Part shown: positions 25,771 through 40,120 of the stretch, one piece after another
Layout: each line of letters opens with the position of its first letter
How positions within the stretch are numbered: the stretch's first letter is position 1
From: Octopus bimaculoides
Taxonomy: Eukaryota
Direction: 5' to 3'
Assembly (NCBI RefSeq): GCF_001194135.2
Contig: NC_068988.1
Coordinates: 28,279,916 to 28,343,915, forward strand
Length of the DNA: 64,000 bases
Translations under genes and position numbers: made by a program
Notes under the pieces: generated by a model
Seen by the model: only the letters and a program-made list of their open reading frames with translations
Told to the model about the DNA's origin: nothing
Database searches by the model: none

Positions 25771-26134
25771 ATACACACACATACACATAAGGCAAGTGTC
25801 TTCTACTGCAGACTTGGGTCGACCAAAAGCCTTGTGAATAAATTTAGTAGGGAGAAACTGAAAGAAGCCCATCACATATATGCACATGTATGCAAGTGTA
25901 TGTGTTGGTGTTTATACATCACATATGGTGGCTGTAAATGAGCATCATCATCAATCACACAAGTAACATTGTTTATTTCCAGTCTTCAGTGAGAATCATG
26001 CCTGGCGAGGGGAAAATATTACTTTACTTAAGAACAGGTTTGATGATTGACAACAGGAAGGGCATCCAGCAATAGAAAACTTTTGTTTGACTCATGCAAG
26101 CATAGAAAAGTGAATGTTAATATATATAAACACA

Positions 26135-26191
<57 letters not shown>

Positions 26192-26194
<3 letters not shown>

Positions 26195-26397
26195 CAAAAT
26201 AAGCAACAAGGATATCTAGAGGTAATGCAGTACGATCATTTCATGCAACTCTATTTAATTGAACAATGCAATCATTACATCAATTTAAAATGCAGAGCAA
26301 TCCTCAGGTGCACAAAGACATAAAATTTAATTAAATGGAGTTGCATGAAACGATCGTACTGCATTACCTCTGGATATCCTTGTTGCTTATTTTGATT
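26192..26397. repeat. 69-bp inverted repeat (fold-back, MITE-like)
   Basis: 26192-26260 versus 26329-26397: 66/69 complementary, 68-bp spacer. Confidence 0.9.
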
Positions 26398-27560
26398 TTA
26401 ATGCCCAAAATCTGATGCAGAGTGTCAGCATTTCTATAAGCAAGCCTTTTGGAGGACAGCTTGGGTCATTTTCCAATCTTGTTTTTCTTTGACATTTTTT
26501 TAAACATGATTAACAAAATAAATTCTGAGAGTAACAGAAAATGATTTGTAATTGTTAATCAATGTCAAGTTACTGTTTTTTTTTTTCTAAATCATGAAAT
26601 ATAATGCAACCAAAAGCTAATAATAAATGTTTGTCTTTCATCCTGGGCCCTCCACTTCCAACAGAGTCATGGGACTGTTGCCCATGGCCTATATAGCATT
26701 TAAACCTAGTTGAGCCTATTTTCCTAAGTTTGACCACAGCTAATAAAGGAGAGAGAGAGAGAGAGAGAGAAGAATCAATCTCAGTACTGGCCTCATACTT
26801 TATTTATTGATCCTGAATGGATGAAAGGTGAAACAAACTTTAGTAGGATTCGAACTAAAAGTGCAGAGAATGAGAACAAATGCTGGGAGGCCATGTCCAA
26901 TAATAGGGACCATGGAAATTTTGAGTTGAGCCATATCATACACCAAATGTGTAAAACATGCAACCCTACAAAGTCATTATACCTTTTCCTTCTCTTCTAT
27001 AGAGCATTTCAAACTCATGCTGATTAGGCATGGATTAATGTTCAAGCTCTTGGTGATTAGGCAGGGATTAGTTTTCAAACATATCTAGAAAAGTAGAGGA
27101 CAGCTGCACTTATGGTAACTCAGAATGAGAAGGTATAAAACCCTGGACGCTATATTCTACAGAACCACGCAGAGGGAATGATGGCTTGGTTTGGTTGCAG
27201 AACAATACTTGGTTTGCATATACTTATGAAATGACTGACTTTTTCTTAAAATGTTTCGGCTATAAGAAATCTGGCAAAAGAAATATTTGTAGAAGCTTTA
27301 AAATAGTTATAAACATAACTTGAAAGAACAACAAAGGAAAGATAACTCAAACCAGAAGGCTAGAGACTACTCGTCTTATACATTTATACACACAGACATA
27401 CACACATTGTAAATGAGTGTGATTACAGTGTCAGGATAAATATATTTGTATCATTTATAATACTCTCAGAATAAATGTATTTGTTCTTTTCCCACAAATT
27501 TAAAAACTATTTTCAAGTTCATAAAAGAAAATAAGAAAAAAAAAAAGCCTCAGGCTTATT

Positions 27561-28030
27561 CAACAGAAACCCGAGTGTCTTTTTGGTCAGCTGAAAGCAG
27601 TTTTGACACAAACTTGGCAGACATGCATCTCATACCCAAATCTTCAGTGATAATGGACTGAACTGAACCATAACTAATCTGTACATCCCCTGATAACTCA
27701 TGGATGGTGATTCAACAATCTCCCCTCATAGCTGCATGCACATTTGTAATGTTTTTCTCTGTTCTGCTGGTTGCGGGTCTCCGAGAACGTTTGTCACTAT
27801 TAATATTTTTTCGGCCATCTTGGAAACATCTGAACCACTCATACACTTATGTGTTGCTCATACACTCCTCTCCATACGCTTTCTTCAACTTTGTGTTGGC
27901 CCTTGAGCAGGTATTGCCATGACAACTTTCTCTGTCATGGTCAATGCGATGATCACACGCTACACACCTTCCTTTGAAGCACTGCTGTAAACAGTGGAAG
28001 TGAGCTAGAATGTTAAAACTTAGTGCACAA
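27561..28030 (-). mobile_element. Mariner transposase fossil, N-terminal HTH region
   Basis: Minus frame KLKKAYGEECMSNT*VYEWFRCFQDGRKNINSDKRSRRPATS...ITIHELSGDVQISYGSVQSIITEDLGMRCMSAKFVSKLLSADQK matches the mariner HTH domains and the (W/F)VP-linker region; two stops. Confidence 0.88.
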
Positions 28031-28446
28031 ACACATCAGAATTCAAGGTCAATCTATGTCCAGTGGCTTTACTTTGCATGCTATAGCTTCATTACTATGA
28101 CAACAGCCTGAATACTTATTGATCAGACCTCGTAGAAATATTTGGATTGGTGTTCGAGAATGCAGTAAGCCTACTGGAAATGAGAGACCCCCTGGTCTTT
28201 GCCAAGGCATCCCTCTAGGAGAAGGCTAACTCATATATAAAACTTGCTGCTCTACTGAACCAGATACTTTGCACTTGGCATGTCTCTGGGCTTCTTGGTA
28301 TTGTTAGTTAGAGTTCCTGTGGTGTTGTGCAAGTCGCACTTGACATAAAACCCTTGCATGGCATTACTGACACACCTGTCAGTGATGGTTACGTTCATCT
28401 AGTGAGCAGACAGGCATCATCATGTAGGTATATGTATATATGCATA

Positions 28447-28506
<60 letters not shown>

Positions 28507-28837
28507 CCCCACCACTGCTTGACAACTAGTGTTGGTTTGTTTACATCCTTGTAACTTAGTGGTTTGGCAAAAAACAAGCAAACAAAAAAGTGAGAGCATA
28601 AGCACTAGATTTTAAAAAAAAAAAAGTACTAGGGTTGATTTGTGGTGGTGCTCCAGCATGGCCACAGTCCAGTGACTGAGACAAGTGAAAGACAGGATCA
28701 ATAAACTATGAGAGAATATTATTTCAGTCTGGTAAGTATTCCTCCCAATCCAGTCAAGTTGTGAAGTCTCATAATATAGCATCCATCCAAGTTCAAATGA
28801 AACTGCAATTGTACAAAGTTCTTTATTTGTAGAAGCC

Positions 28838-29066
28838 TTAACCCTTTAGTGTTTGCATTATTCTACCAAAATTAATGCTTTTTCATCCACATTGTTTTGA
28901 ACTAATCATGCATTGTCTTGTAGCTATGAAATTTTGATGAGGTAGCTGTTAATTTTTAAAACGATATTGTAGGGTTGGTGTGAGAGACCAGATCTGACCA
29001 GTTTGAACATAAAACAGGCAGAATACTTTTGGCCGGATATGGCCAGTTTAAATGCTAAAGGGTTAA
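28838..29066. mobile_element. piggyBac-type MITE, full-length copy
   Basis: TTAA|CCCTTTAG...CTAAAGGG|TTAA; interior matches the 52.9-kb copy. Confidence 0.8.
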
Positions 29067-32000
29067 TCAGCTAAATAAATAGTTTGATTGGTAGATTACA
29101 TGATAAATAATACTGACCACATTAAATAATACTGACCACATGACCTGCGTGTTGAGTCACACGAAACAGGAAATATGTAAAACATGCAATACTGCAACAA
29201 CATGGAATGTTATAAACATCACTTCATATTTTCTTTTCGTAGCCTTGTCCTAGATCTGAAGTTTATCGGGACACCAAAACATTTTAAATTCAGCAGATGC
29301 TATATAGAAATATCATGACTTTATGCGACAAAATTCATCAAAGCTCCAGTGAAGGTACTTGAAAGGATGAACTGAATGAAATTATAACAGCAAACCAAAC
29401 ATTTATGCACGAATAAAATTTTCCCTACATTGCCAGAATTGTGATTATCTAAGAACAGTGATATCAGTAAGAGAAAATATTAAATCAGAATGTACAAAAA
29501 CAGTTAATGTAAATAAAAAAAAAAGGACTTTAGTCATTACTGGCTTCAAATTTTGGCACAAGGCCAGGAATTACAGGAGTCGGAGTAAGTTGATTACATT
29601 GACCCCAGAGTTTAACTGATATTTATTTTAACAACCCCGAAAGGATGAAAGGCAAAGTTGACCTTGGTGGGATTTGAACACAGAATGTAAAAATGGATGA
29701 AATGCTGCTAAGCATTTTTTATCCTGGTGTGTTAACGATTCTGCCAGCTCACAACCTTAAAGATTTTAGTAATTATTGAAATATCAAATAAAATGAAATT
29801 TTACAATTACATAAGTAGAATCCATTACTACCAGCAGAAATGCTACCCTCCAAGCAGTTTTCTGCAAGTTGCTAAATGATATTTACACATTTGAAACCCA
29901 ATTTATGGAAATTTTCTGTTATGATATGACTAATTTCCCTTCGTACCCTTTATTTATCTAATAGTCCTCACTTGCACAGTAAATAAATTTAGAATAATCT
30001 CAAGCACTCAAAGACAGCATTAGAATTTATGAAGAAATCTATTACTATGTTGACTTAACTTTGTCATATAAAAGTCCTTAGTTTATCATAAATATATACA
30101 TATCATAAGATGTCATAAGTTTGCATGATAGTGAACAGGATGGTACACCTAGTATGCACTGGAAAAAATCATATTGCAAAACTTGCTGTAGGTTTGAACA
30201 CATAATTGTATAACTTATTATTTCCTCTGCATTACTTTTCCGTCTATATATGTATATAGTTATATGTTTTAGTATTAATAACCTATGTAAACACACAATT
30301 GCACATGTACAGAGATAGGAAATTAATTTTTTTTTTATTCCTGTTCATCGTATGAGCTACGATAAGACAAACAGTAGAGGTCTCATTAACAAGATGAGAG
30401 TGGAATATTTATCACTGATAAACCTCTAATATTTTATTACTATTCTAATTATATCATTGCTGGTTTCTAGCAGAACTCTAAATCTGGAACAGTATATTTG
30501 CAAGTGAACTACTAATGAACTTTTTAAAACTCACTCTACATTAATTTTCCCTGCTAGATGGCTCTTCAGACTCTATTTTGCATGGATGCTGAAGCAAATA
30601 TTTATCATAGCCACTGTTCATTTCACTTTCTTTTAATGATTGTTTCACTTCTTTTAATGATTTCCTTATTAATTCTGGAGGACAGATGTTTAGCTGAACA
30701 AGAATTTGTGGGTATTATGGTGAAGTCTAGTGATAAGCTAAGTCAATACTTTCAATGATATACATGCCATGTTTAGTAGTAGTTTCCTTTATGTTCCGAA
30801 GGATCTTGGGAGGCTTTCACAACATTCTTTTTAAGTATGAAGTGAGAAAAGCACCCATTCTCTGCTAGATGGATTAAGATGATCATATTCTACCTGAGAG
30901 TAGAAATGCAATGCCAGTGTTTGAAACCTATTGCAATTTGTTTATTTTTTTTTACTGAATCAATGATGACAAACTGGCAGAGCCAGTAGAGCCAAATACC
31001 TCATGGTATTTGTTCTAATTCTTTGTGTATGGGGTTCAAATGCTTGCTGGAGTCAGCTTTACTTTTCTTCCTTTCAGGAGTTGAGGTTTGATAACAAAGT
31101 ATGAATTTGAGGCAGTGGATTATTGGTGGAACTGTAAGAACATTAGACTGGATGCTTAGTGGTATTTGTTCTGATTCTTTTGTGTTCTGAGTTCAAATCC
31201 TGCAGTGACCTACTTGGGGAAGGGTAGGCTTAATCCATTGCCCTGTTTAACATCACCACCTAGCACCTTGGGTGCATTTAGTGGAGTCCACTCAGCTGTA
31301 AGCATTCAGGCCAAGTCTCCAGTCTGAGGACAGCTTCTTCCCTCCCCAAAGTACAGGAAACCCAGTAAAGGGTTATTGGGACTACTGACCTCTCTCTTCT
31401 TCCTCATCATCATCTATTATCTGTTTTATATGCTGGTATTGGCTGAAAAGTTTGGCAGGACCTGGTAAGCTGCAGGGTTGCACTGAGCTCTGAGGTCAGC
31501 TTTGGCACAATTTCTATAACTGGATGCCCTTCCTAATGCCAACCATTTTACAATGTGTACTGAGTATTTTGTTTCATGCTGCTAGCACACCAAGTAACTT
31601 GCAAAAGACAAGAAAAGAACAAAAAAAAGGAAAGAAAAAACTCCACTGACGAAGTGGGGTGTGTGTGTGGCTTTATGCCAGGTGTTGGGGGATTAAAGTA
31701 TGATAGAGGGACAAGTCCAGGTGTCTTACCATACAGGAGATACAAGGCTACCCTGTACCATATAAGGAAAGTGAGGGGAGTAACTGAGAAGAAGATAACA
31801 TAAATATAAAAAAAGAAAACTGGGGAGTTTGATTATGCTAAAAAGAGAAACTATCAAAAGGTTTTAATAAGAGATTCTCCAATGAAGGACAGCAAAATTC
31901 AGCTCAACAAAGTTTTGATTATGTTTAATGTTAGAGTGTTCTGAATAGAAGAAGAAGAAGAAGAAGAAGAAGAAGAAGAAGAAGGGAAAAAATTCACAAC

Positions 32001-32225
32001 ATTAGAGGCAGGAAACCCTTCTTGAGAGAAACTGCTTTACAGTATCTCGTTTGCCTTCTCATGTTTCCGAGGTCAAATCCCACAGGAATTGAACCTGACT
32101 TTCATGAAATAACAGTAGACAAAATAAGTAGCTGTAATACATTTGGGCTGAGTCATTCAACTATTACCCCTTACCTTCTCCCTCAGAGAAATCGCAAGAC
32201 TTAGTACATGGTTAAGTGAGAAATC

Positions 32226-32260
<35 letters not shown>

Positions 32261-32908
32261 TTCTGTATGTTTCTGGGTCACGTTACTTTTTAACCAACTT
32301 TACCATCTCTCTAGAAAGTTACCTAAAACACAAACTTCATTCAATTTGAAGAACGTATATATACAATTACAAAGTTTTGCAAAAGCTACTTAAGTAGGCC
32401 AATCCAGTGAAACACAAGACTATTCATGGCAGGTCACCTATTGAACTTGTGTGTAGCTAGTGTGAGGGAGTCAGCTAATTGGCTGGCTGGCTGGCAAGCT
32501 GGCTGTATAATGTGGTCATCTAAAATCCAGTGGTTACAATTGGATATAAGAGCACTTCTACTACAAGCAACTATAAGAAGCAACATGAAAACTTCATCTC
32601 AAGCTTTTAACAACGTGTGATGTTTACTGTTTTACTTAAGTTATTTATACTTGTAACTATTATAGAACATATGTTTCCCAAGGGTTTAGATATAGCCAGC
32701 TTACAAATTGCTGCTAGTTTCCTTTTCTTCCTCTCTTCAATCTATATATTTTCAGATAAATAAATGGAATAATAGTTAAATATAAATCCCAGAAATTGAT
32801 ATATTTACTTGATAGAATTCTATTAGTAATGAATCAAGCTTCTCCACAAAATGGCTGGCTTGCATATGTTATGACATCCTATGCTACAAAATTGTGTAAA
32901 TACCAATA

Positions 32909-32967
32909 ATAAGCAAATTTTTTTTTTCAACAAATCTTTTGAGGACTTAGAAAATATCTTGGTAAGC

Positions 32968-33010
<43 letters not shown>

Positions 33011-33068
33011 CTCTTACCAAGGTATTTTCCTAACTTCTCAAAAGATTTGTTACAAACAATTTGCTTAT
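32909..33068. repeat. About 160-bp imperfect palindrome centred on (TA)n
   Basis: ataagcaaatt...caaatcttttgag...cttggtaag, then (TA)n, then cttaccaagg...ctcaaaagatttg...aatttgcttat. Confidence 0.85.
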
Positions 33069-33759
33069 ATATACATATATATATATATGTACACGTACAC
33101 ACACACACATATATATATGCATGTATCTTGGGGGGAGAGAAACAGGAACAGTATTTCTTTTTGATTAGGAATTTATTCGTTTAGTAATTTAAAGTATTTC
33201 ATGGATTGATTTATAAAGTCTTCCCAGAATTACCGTTTATTTAGTAGTTATGTAGTTATCTCTATATGGTGGCAGTTAAGTTGAATCTTCATAAAAGAAG
33301 TTACGCTTGTAGTTTATCAGCCAGCTCATCATTGCAGCTCTTATCATTACATAACCTTATCAGTGTGGATGGACAATCTTCATTTAGTTAAAGGTGGTGT
33401 TCTAGCATGGCCTTCCCTATCATAGCTAATACAAACCAAACCTTAAAATATTTCTACAATTTCCAGAACGTTTACCAAATACTAAATGTCTTGCAGTGTA
33501 TAATTTTGTTTCTTTACATTCTGAGTTTAATCCCTGCAAAGATTAAACCTGGTATTTTATCCCCAACCCCAGTCTCAGTAATGGCTATGTGGTTAAGAAG
33601 CTTGCTTTACAACCACATGGTTTCAGGTTCAGCCCCACTGCATGATGCCTTGGGCAAGTATAGTCTACTATATCACCAGGTTGACCAACGCCTTGCGAGT
33701 GAATTTGATAGACAGAAATGGTACAGAAGCCCATTTTGTATGTTTGTGTGTGTGTATAA

Positions 33760-33791
<32 letters not shown>

Positions 33792-33801
33792 NNNNNNNNN
33801 N

Positions 33802-33837
<36 letters not shown>

Positions 33838-36554
33838 CAGTAGCTGAAAACTGGGACACACACTTGCTCACACACATACACATTTTCATAAAACACACAC
33901 AGTATTCAAGCATTATACACACAGCACACATACATGCACACATACATGCACACATACAAACACACACACATTCACATAATCTTTCTACTCAGACATGTGC
34001 TTGCCTAGACACACACACACATATACACACTCGCATATTATCTTCACACATACACATGCTTGCACACACACATCTTTGCCAGGTCACTGGTGCCTCCCTT
34101 GCCACCCATGTCTCAAGCCAATTCCTTCCTTCCAGTCAGTCCAACATGTAGTAACTGCTAATTCAGACCTGATTTTTCTTTCTTCTCTCTCCATCTGTTT
34201 TCTTTCCTCATTCCTTTCTGTAGAAGAGAATAGGCTTGAAACATTAAAGACTTCTTCCGTTTTTCCTGGGGTTTAAACTAATACAGCCTGTTGTTCTTTC
34301 ACCTGTCTTTGCTTTTTGCATATTTTTGGACGACCACCACAGAGGAGAGTGCATTGGAGAGTAAGACAAGGAGAGTTATAGTGAGAGAAATGATGGAAGA
34401 GATGCCGTCAAGGGATGTGTGTGTGCGTGCTTAGGAACTCCCTTACTGCTTAGCAACCGGTGTTGGTTTGTTTATATTATTGTAGCTAAGCGGTTTGGCA
34501 ACAGAAACCAAAAGAATATGTACCAGACTTAAATAAGTACTGGCATCAATTTGTTTGACTAAAACCCTTGAAGGCAGTGCTGCAGCATGGACACAGTCCA
34601 ATGACTGAAACATGTAAAACTGATTCAATTAACTACATTCTTTCCTCATGTCAAGCTTCAAAACCTCACTACAGTTGTTTTGTTCATTTTGTCATATGAA
34701 ATCACACAAGGGAAAGTTCGCAATGAACTGAGAACCCATCATAGTTTGAAATCTTTGTTAAAACTTCTTCATTTATATTACTAATGCCTTTGAGAAAAAC
34801 ATGACTGTCACAACTTTTGATTTTTCTTGCCACAAATTTCACTGGCTGAATAAAAGACAACAGCAATAATGCTTCCGAAATTTGGGCAGAAGGCCAGCAA
34901 TTTTCGGGGGATGGTAAATCAGCTGCATTGACACCAGTTCTTAATTGGTACTTATTTTTATTGACCCTGAAAGGATGAAAGGCAAAGTTAACCTTGGCAG
35001 CATTTGAACTCAGAACTAGAAGTACCACTGAGCAGCCTCTTTTGTTGAACTGCTAAGTTAAGGATGTGTAAACACACCAACACCAGTTTTCAAGTAGTGG
35101 TGGGGAACAAATGCAGACACACAAATACAAACACACACAAACACAAACATACACATATATGACAGGCTTCTTTCAGTTTTCAGTCTACCAAATCCACTCC
35201 TGAGGCTATAGTAGAAAACACTTGCACAAGGTTCCATGCAGTGGGACAGAACCCAGAACCATGTGGTTGGGAGGCAACCTTCTTACCACACAGCCATGCC
35301 TGCACCTATTATGACCATTTTTTTATGCTTCCATGAGTTGGACAAGACTCCTGCAGCTGGTGGTGGTTCCCTGTCATATCCTTCAAGACATTCAGCCTTG
35401 TTGGCAAATTAAAGCTGCATTCGTATTTGTTCTCATTTGGAAATGTAATTTCTTTTGTCTCTTCACGCCTTCAGGAACAACATTTGAATATGACAAATAG
35501 CTCAATGTTTAAGTTGGATTTGTTTTATTGTATCATTTATGATCAATGAGTCAGTGTTTAAAGACAAAATATAGGCATTGGTTAGTCTAATTTGTTTTGT
35601 ACTCAACTGGCATTATTCCTACTTCATCATTGAGTCATTGTTGCAGTCAATATTCAGCTGTAAAATCAATTGCTGTAGCAATTTGTACTAAAAGAATAAA
35701 ATTCCATCAAGGCTTAATGGAAATATTGATGCAAATCAATTCAGAGAAGAATATTCTAAGTTTATTGAAACAGGTATGGCTGTGTGGTAAGAAGTTTGCT
35801 CTCCAAAGACATGGTTTTTCAGTTCAGTCCTACTGTGCAGCACCTTAGGCAAGTGTCCTCTACTATAGACCCAATCTGATCAGAGCCTTGTGAGTGGATT
35901 TGGTAGACAGAAACTGAAAGAAGCCTATGTATATGTATGTGTTTGTGCTTATAGTTACTGTCTCTTTGCCTTGACAATTCTTGATAGTTATATGCAAGTG
36001 TCACCATCATGCAAGTGTCACCATCATGCAAGTAGCGTCCTTCATTTCTAATCTTTCATATTTGGTCATGGGAGAATATTACCTTACTTGGAAACAGATG
36101 AGGGTTGGTGACAGGAAGAACATCCAGCCACAGAAAATGTGCTTCAATCAACAACCCTGTCCAACCCATGCATTTATGGAAGGGTGGTCATTAAAATGAT
36201 GGTGATAATGAGGTATGTTTGGAGTAAAATATGTTTTCTCAGAGATTAAAAGTTTGAGAAGTCTTAAAAAAAATTATTGTATCTGAATAAAAATATTGTT
36301 CATAGTCTTTCGAAACACTCTCCGGAAGTGTGTGAAAGGCAAGTAAGATTGATAAGGCTAATTAATGGAACCAAGTTGAAAGTTGGTATACTTTGGCAAT
36401 ACATGAGAATGAAAGTAGTTATGCATGTCAGTAGTCATTAGAATGAAGAATTACATGTCAAGCTTTATAAACGCATTAGGGAAAAAAAACACAACATGGG
36501 TGGCAAAATGCAGAGCAAAAAGTACGACTAATGAGCTTAAGTGGAACAGGATTT

Positions 36555-37125
36555 ATAATAAATGTCACATGAAGCAGTGTTGAATAAAAAATATTTGTGT
36601 AAAGTTATACTTAACATGTTTGCATGTATTTGGACATGATAAGACCTTTCGCTGTGGAGACTGTCTCAAGGAATTTCTCCACCTAGACATGTGTAAACAC
36701 AATTTTTGGGTTGTGAATGAGATCAATGGATCATAGGGCACATGTATTTTTGTGTTGTTCTGCTTCATCAGCAATGAAAATCAAATCTGTCATTCACAGC
36801 CCAAATAAGAACGAAATCATTCTTATTAAAACAGCATATAGAATGTTTGTTGATGTGTAGAAAACTTAGTCAAGCTAGAATTGAATACATAATGTTGCAT
36901 GAAGCAGTGAATACAAATTTTTGTGCAAAGTCACATTTAACACATTTGAGTGTATTCAGAGATAAGACCCTTTACTGCAGAGAAAGTTTCAGGAGAAAAT
37001 TCTCCGCTTAGACACATGTAAGAACCCATTCTTTTTTTTTTTTTTTTGCTTTCAAACATGTCTCTGTAGCAAGATCTTACATCCAAATACACTCATGTTA
37101 AATATAACTTTACAAGAATTTGTAA
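36555..37125. repeat. Diverged direct repeat plus inverted partial copy
   Basis: About 36555-36700 resembles about 36890-37030; 37056-37112 is an inverted copy of 36597-36660. Confidence 0.65.
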
Positions 37126-38838
37126 TATTTGTGATAAAAGAGTGCGAGAGTATATAAGCTAGATGGTGTACCATAAGTCGAACATTTGCAAAATGGCAAT
37201 CAGGTCTTATGCAGATCTATGCCTGTCAAATGACTGATTGACATGAATCCCAAAATATGCCATGCTTAAGATTACTCAGATACATTGGTTAATCATGGAA
37301 GATACAGTATTGCAGCCAGAGTACTGTGATAAGTTCTAAGTTAAACGAAGAGAGCATTTATTAAGTGAATGCTTTATAGTTCTGAGGAAAATATTTACTA
37401 GATGTAGGCATGGTTGTGTGGTTAAGAAGCTTGCTTCCCAATCATGTGGTCTTGGGTTCAGTCCCAATGTGTGGCATCTTGGGCAAATGTCTTCTACGAT
37501 AGCCCTAGGTTGGCCAAAGGTTTGTGAGTGAATTTGGTAAATGGAAACTGAAAGAAACCCTGAGACTCACAGGATCCTGTGAAGCCATCCAACTGATGTG
37601 AGCATGGAGAACAGATGATTAAGATGTATGTGCATGTGTGTGTGTTTGTGTGTACCCTTGTCTAGACATCATATGATCACTGTAAATGGGCATCATCGTC
37701 ATTCAAGCAAGACTGTTCACTTCTCTTCCATGAAAAACAGTTTGGCAATAAGGAAATTTGTCTGAGAACAAGTGAGGAATGGTGACAGGAATGGTGACCA
37801 TAGAAAGTGAACAGTAAATGATGACGATGATTTGACAATGTATAGTGTTTTGGTTTTGTAGATTGTCCGTATTTGCTGAAGGATGATATATCTCTTGCCC
37901 CAAAGAAAAAGACTATTTCCATTAATATGGCTTGGGTAGTGTGAAAATGTGAGACTGGCTGGGTAAGTTGTAACAGATGACGAACCAAAATCTTTGCTAA
38001 CCAGAACTTTTAAAACTGGGAGTTGCTCATGGAAAAAACATGTTTTTTTTTATCAAGTTATTCCACACTTGTATATACTTTCTGAACAGAAAACTTAGTT
38101 TGAAGCTAATGGTTTCAAATTAAATATTTATTACTTGAGAAAAGAATGGGTTATGAACTGACAGAAATAACAAAAGAGAAATGAATCTTCTGAAAGAGGT
38201 ACAGAAAATGAAGAATACCAAAAGAGCTTTAGTACTTGGAGTAAATGTAAAACTGGAAATGGATCAATTTTGAAAACAAAGAATGAAGGTAATAAACACC
38301 ATTTTATCACTTGTAAATAATCATAAGTGTCATAAAAATCACGAACCAAAATATTGGATTTATTTATCCTTATTAGATATTGAAGACAGGCTACTTTTGT
38401 GTGCAAATGAATATATAGAAAAAACTGTCTACTTTAAGAGATGAAAATGAATTTTTTTGTTGCAGGGAGAGGGGGAGGGGCAACTAAGGGGCATTCAGCA
38501 TCACATTTACAAACTGTTTAGGGTTTTAAATCAAACTGTCAAAAAACCAAACTTGGGTTTGGAACAGTAACTAAAAACTATACAATTAAAAAACATGAAG
38601 AAGAATAATGAAAGAAGAAAGCTGCAGAAAAGCAAATACAAACAAAAGGTGGATAATATTGTTTTATGGTGAAGGGGTACGAAAGTAAGGCTCTTTATGT
38701 TGTTTTTTTTTAAACCAATGCAGTATTTGGAACCAAAACAGTATGAATCAAAGAAACGATTGAATAACAAGAACCATAAAGGTGCATTTATGTAACAGAA
38801 TTAACGTGGCTGGCAAATAAAGAAACTAAAAGACTTAC

Positions 38839-38977
38839 CTTTTTTTAGCTCTCAAAAGATTTGCTACATCAGCACAAAGTGGTACAATCCCTTTCCGAGA
38901 GCTGTTAACAACCAATGCTACAGCTCGGGCTGCTATCTCCTTGTCTTCCACCAAGCCATTTAATTCATTGTTGGATT
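38839..38977 (-). CDS. Internal coding exon of an unidentified minus-strand gene: (E)SNNELNGLVEDKEIAARAVALVVNSSRKGIVPLCADVANLLRAKK(R)
   Basis: Acceptor tatttttatattttag and donor AAG|gtaagt. 139 bp, phase 1 to 2; only this frame is open across the exon. Unique, non-repetitive sequence. Confidence 0.6.
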
Positions 38978-39954
38978 CTAAAATATAAAAATAGGCAAAA
39001 TAAATACCAACCTACCCACGACTCATTTCAATTGAAAGAGACATTTGTCAAATTGTTACACAACTTCGGCTTCCTTAGTGTCGTCTCACTACAATTTGGA
39101 AAGTATATCAAATTCACAAGTGGACTGATTATATAAACAAATGCTATAACACAAGTTGTTGAATTATCAATGACTTCAAAACTAACCAGAAAATCCTCAA
39201 AGGAATTCTTTTTCTCAAATATACTAATCTACATTTTACCCCAATTTAAAAAATAAACAATTCAAATCAAAAAGGAAAAAAGAAACACTAAAAAACCATA
39301 GCAACATTTAAACAGTATGGGAAAATAAATAACTTTATATAGCTTATCAACTAGGGATTTAACTATATGAGTTACATTCCATTAGTCTTTAGGCCACATT
39401 TCAATCCAACCTTACAGCCTCTTTATTAACATATATTCAAGAAAAGTGAATGCTTTAGTATTTTTTAAAAATAATTTCTTCAAATAAATTGTAGCAAGTG
39501 ACTTTCCATTTCCTGTAAAGTGTTTAGCAAATGGAGCAGGCATCCCTCGTTTTACGTTGGTAAACAGTTCCAAGATATGCGACTAGGAAAATGATAGAAC
39601 TTGAAAAAACATTTTAAGAAATTCATTAGCATATAATGTTTTACTAAAATGGTTTGAGCATATTTTCTCAAATATTTTATTTGATTATCCAATTCAGTAT
39701 TGATTTTTAGATGCTTTTTAAATTTTTATGCTTTTAACCCCTTAGCATCTGAACTGGCCCTTATCCAGCCAAAATATTCTACCTGTTTTATAATGAATTT
39801 GGCCACATCCAGCCTCTCATACTTACTCTACAATGACATTCTAAAAATAAACAAACAGTCACATTATAGAAATTTCGAAGTCATGAGATAATGCATGATG
39901 AATTCAAAACCATGCGAATAAGTATCACAATTAACTGAGTAATCTGAATGTTCT

Positions 39955-40120
39955 TTGACTGAATTCCAAGACACATAAAAGAATGAAAAGATCTCATAAC
40001 ATTCAAACAGTTCCTAGATGACTATCACCGACAAATTCCAAATAAACCACCAACACTTGGATATATCACTGCAAACAATAATTCTTTACTTGAATAGGCT
40101 ATGGCACCCAAAGAATGACT
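39955..40120 (+). mobile_element. CR1/L2-group LINE extreme C-terminal remnant
   Basis: IPRHIKE*KDLITFKQFLDDYHRQIPNKPPTLGYITANNNSLL resembles the FK..LD.FL..IPD.P..GY..NSL ending that I recall for invertebrate CR1-group LINEs. Confidence 0.5.

Noticed and set aside
35280-35468. Minus-strand open frame REETKEITFPNENKYECSFNLPTRLNV... phase-compatible with the 38839 exon
   Set aside because: Weak acceptor, and no convincing donor except a cryptic one inside the adjacent SINE; a 74-bp alternative at 23047-23120 is equally weak.
37200-37385. Faint resemblance to the 5' end of 18S rRNA
   Set aside because: Only scattered short matches; no contiguous conserved rRNA block.
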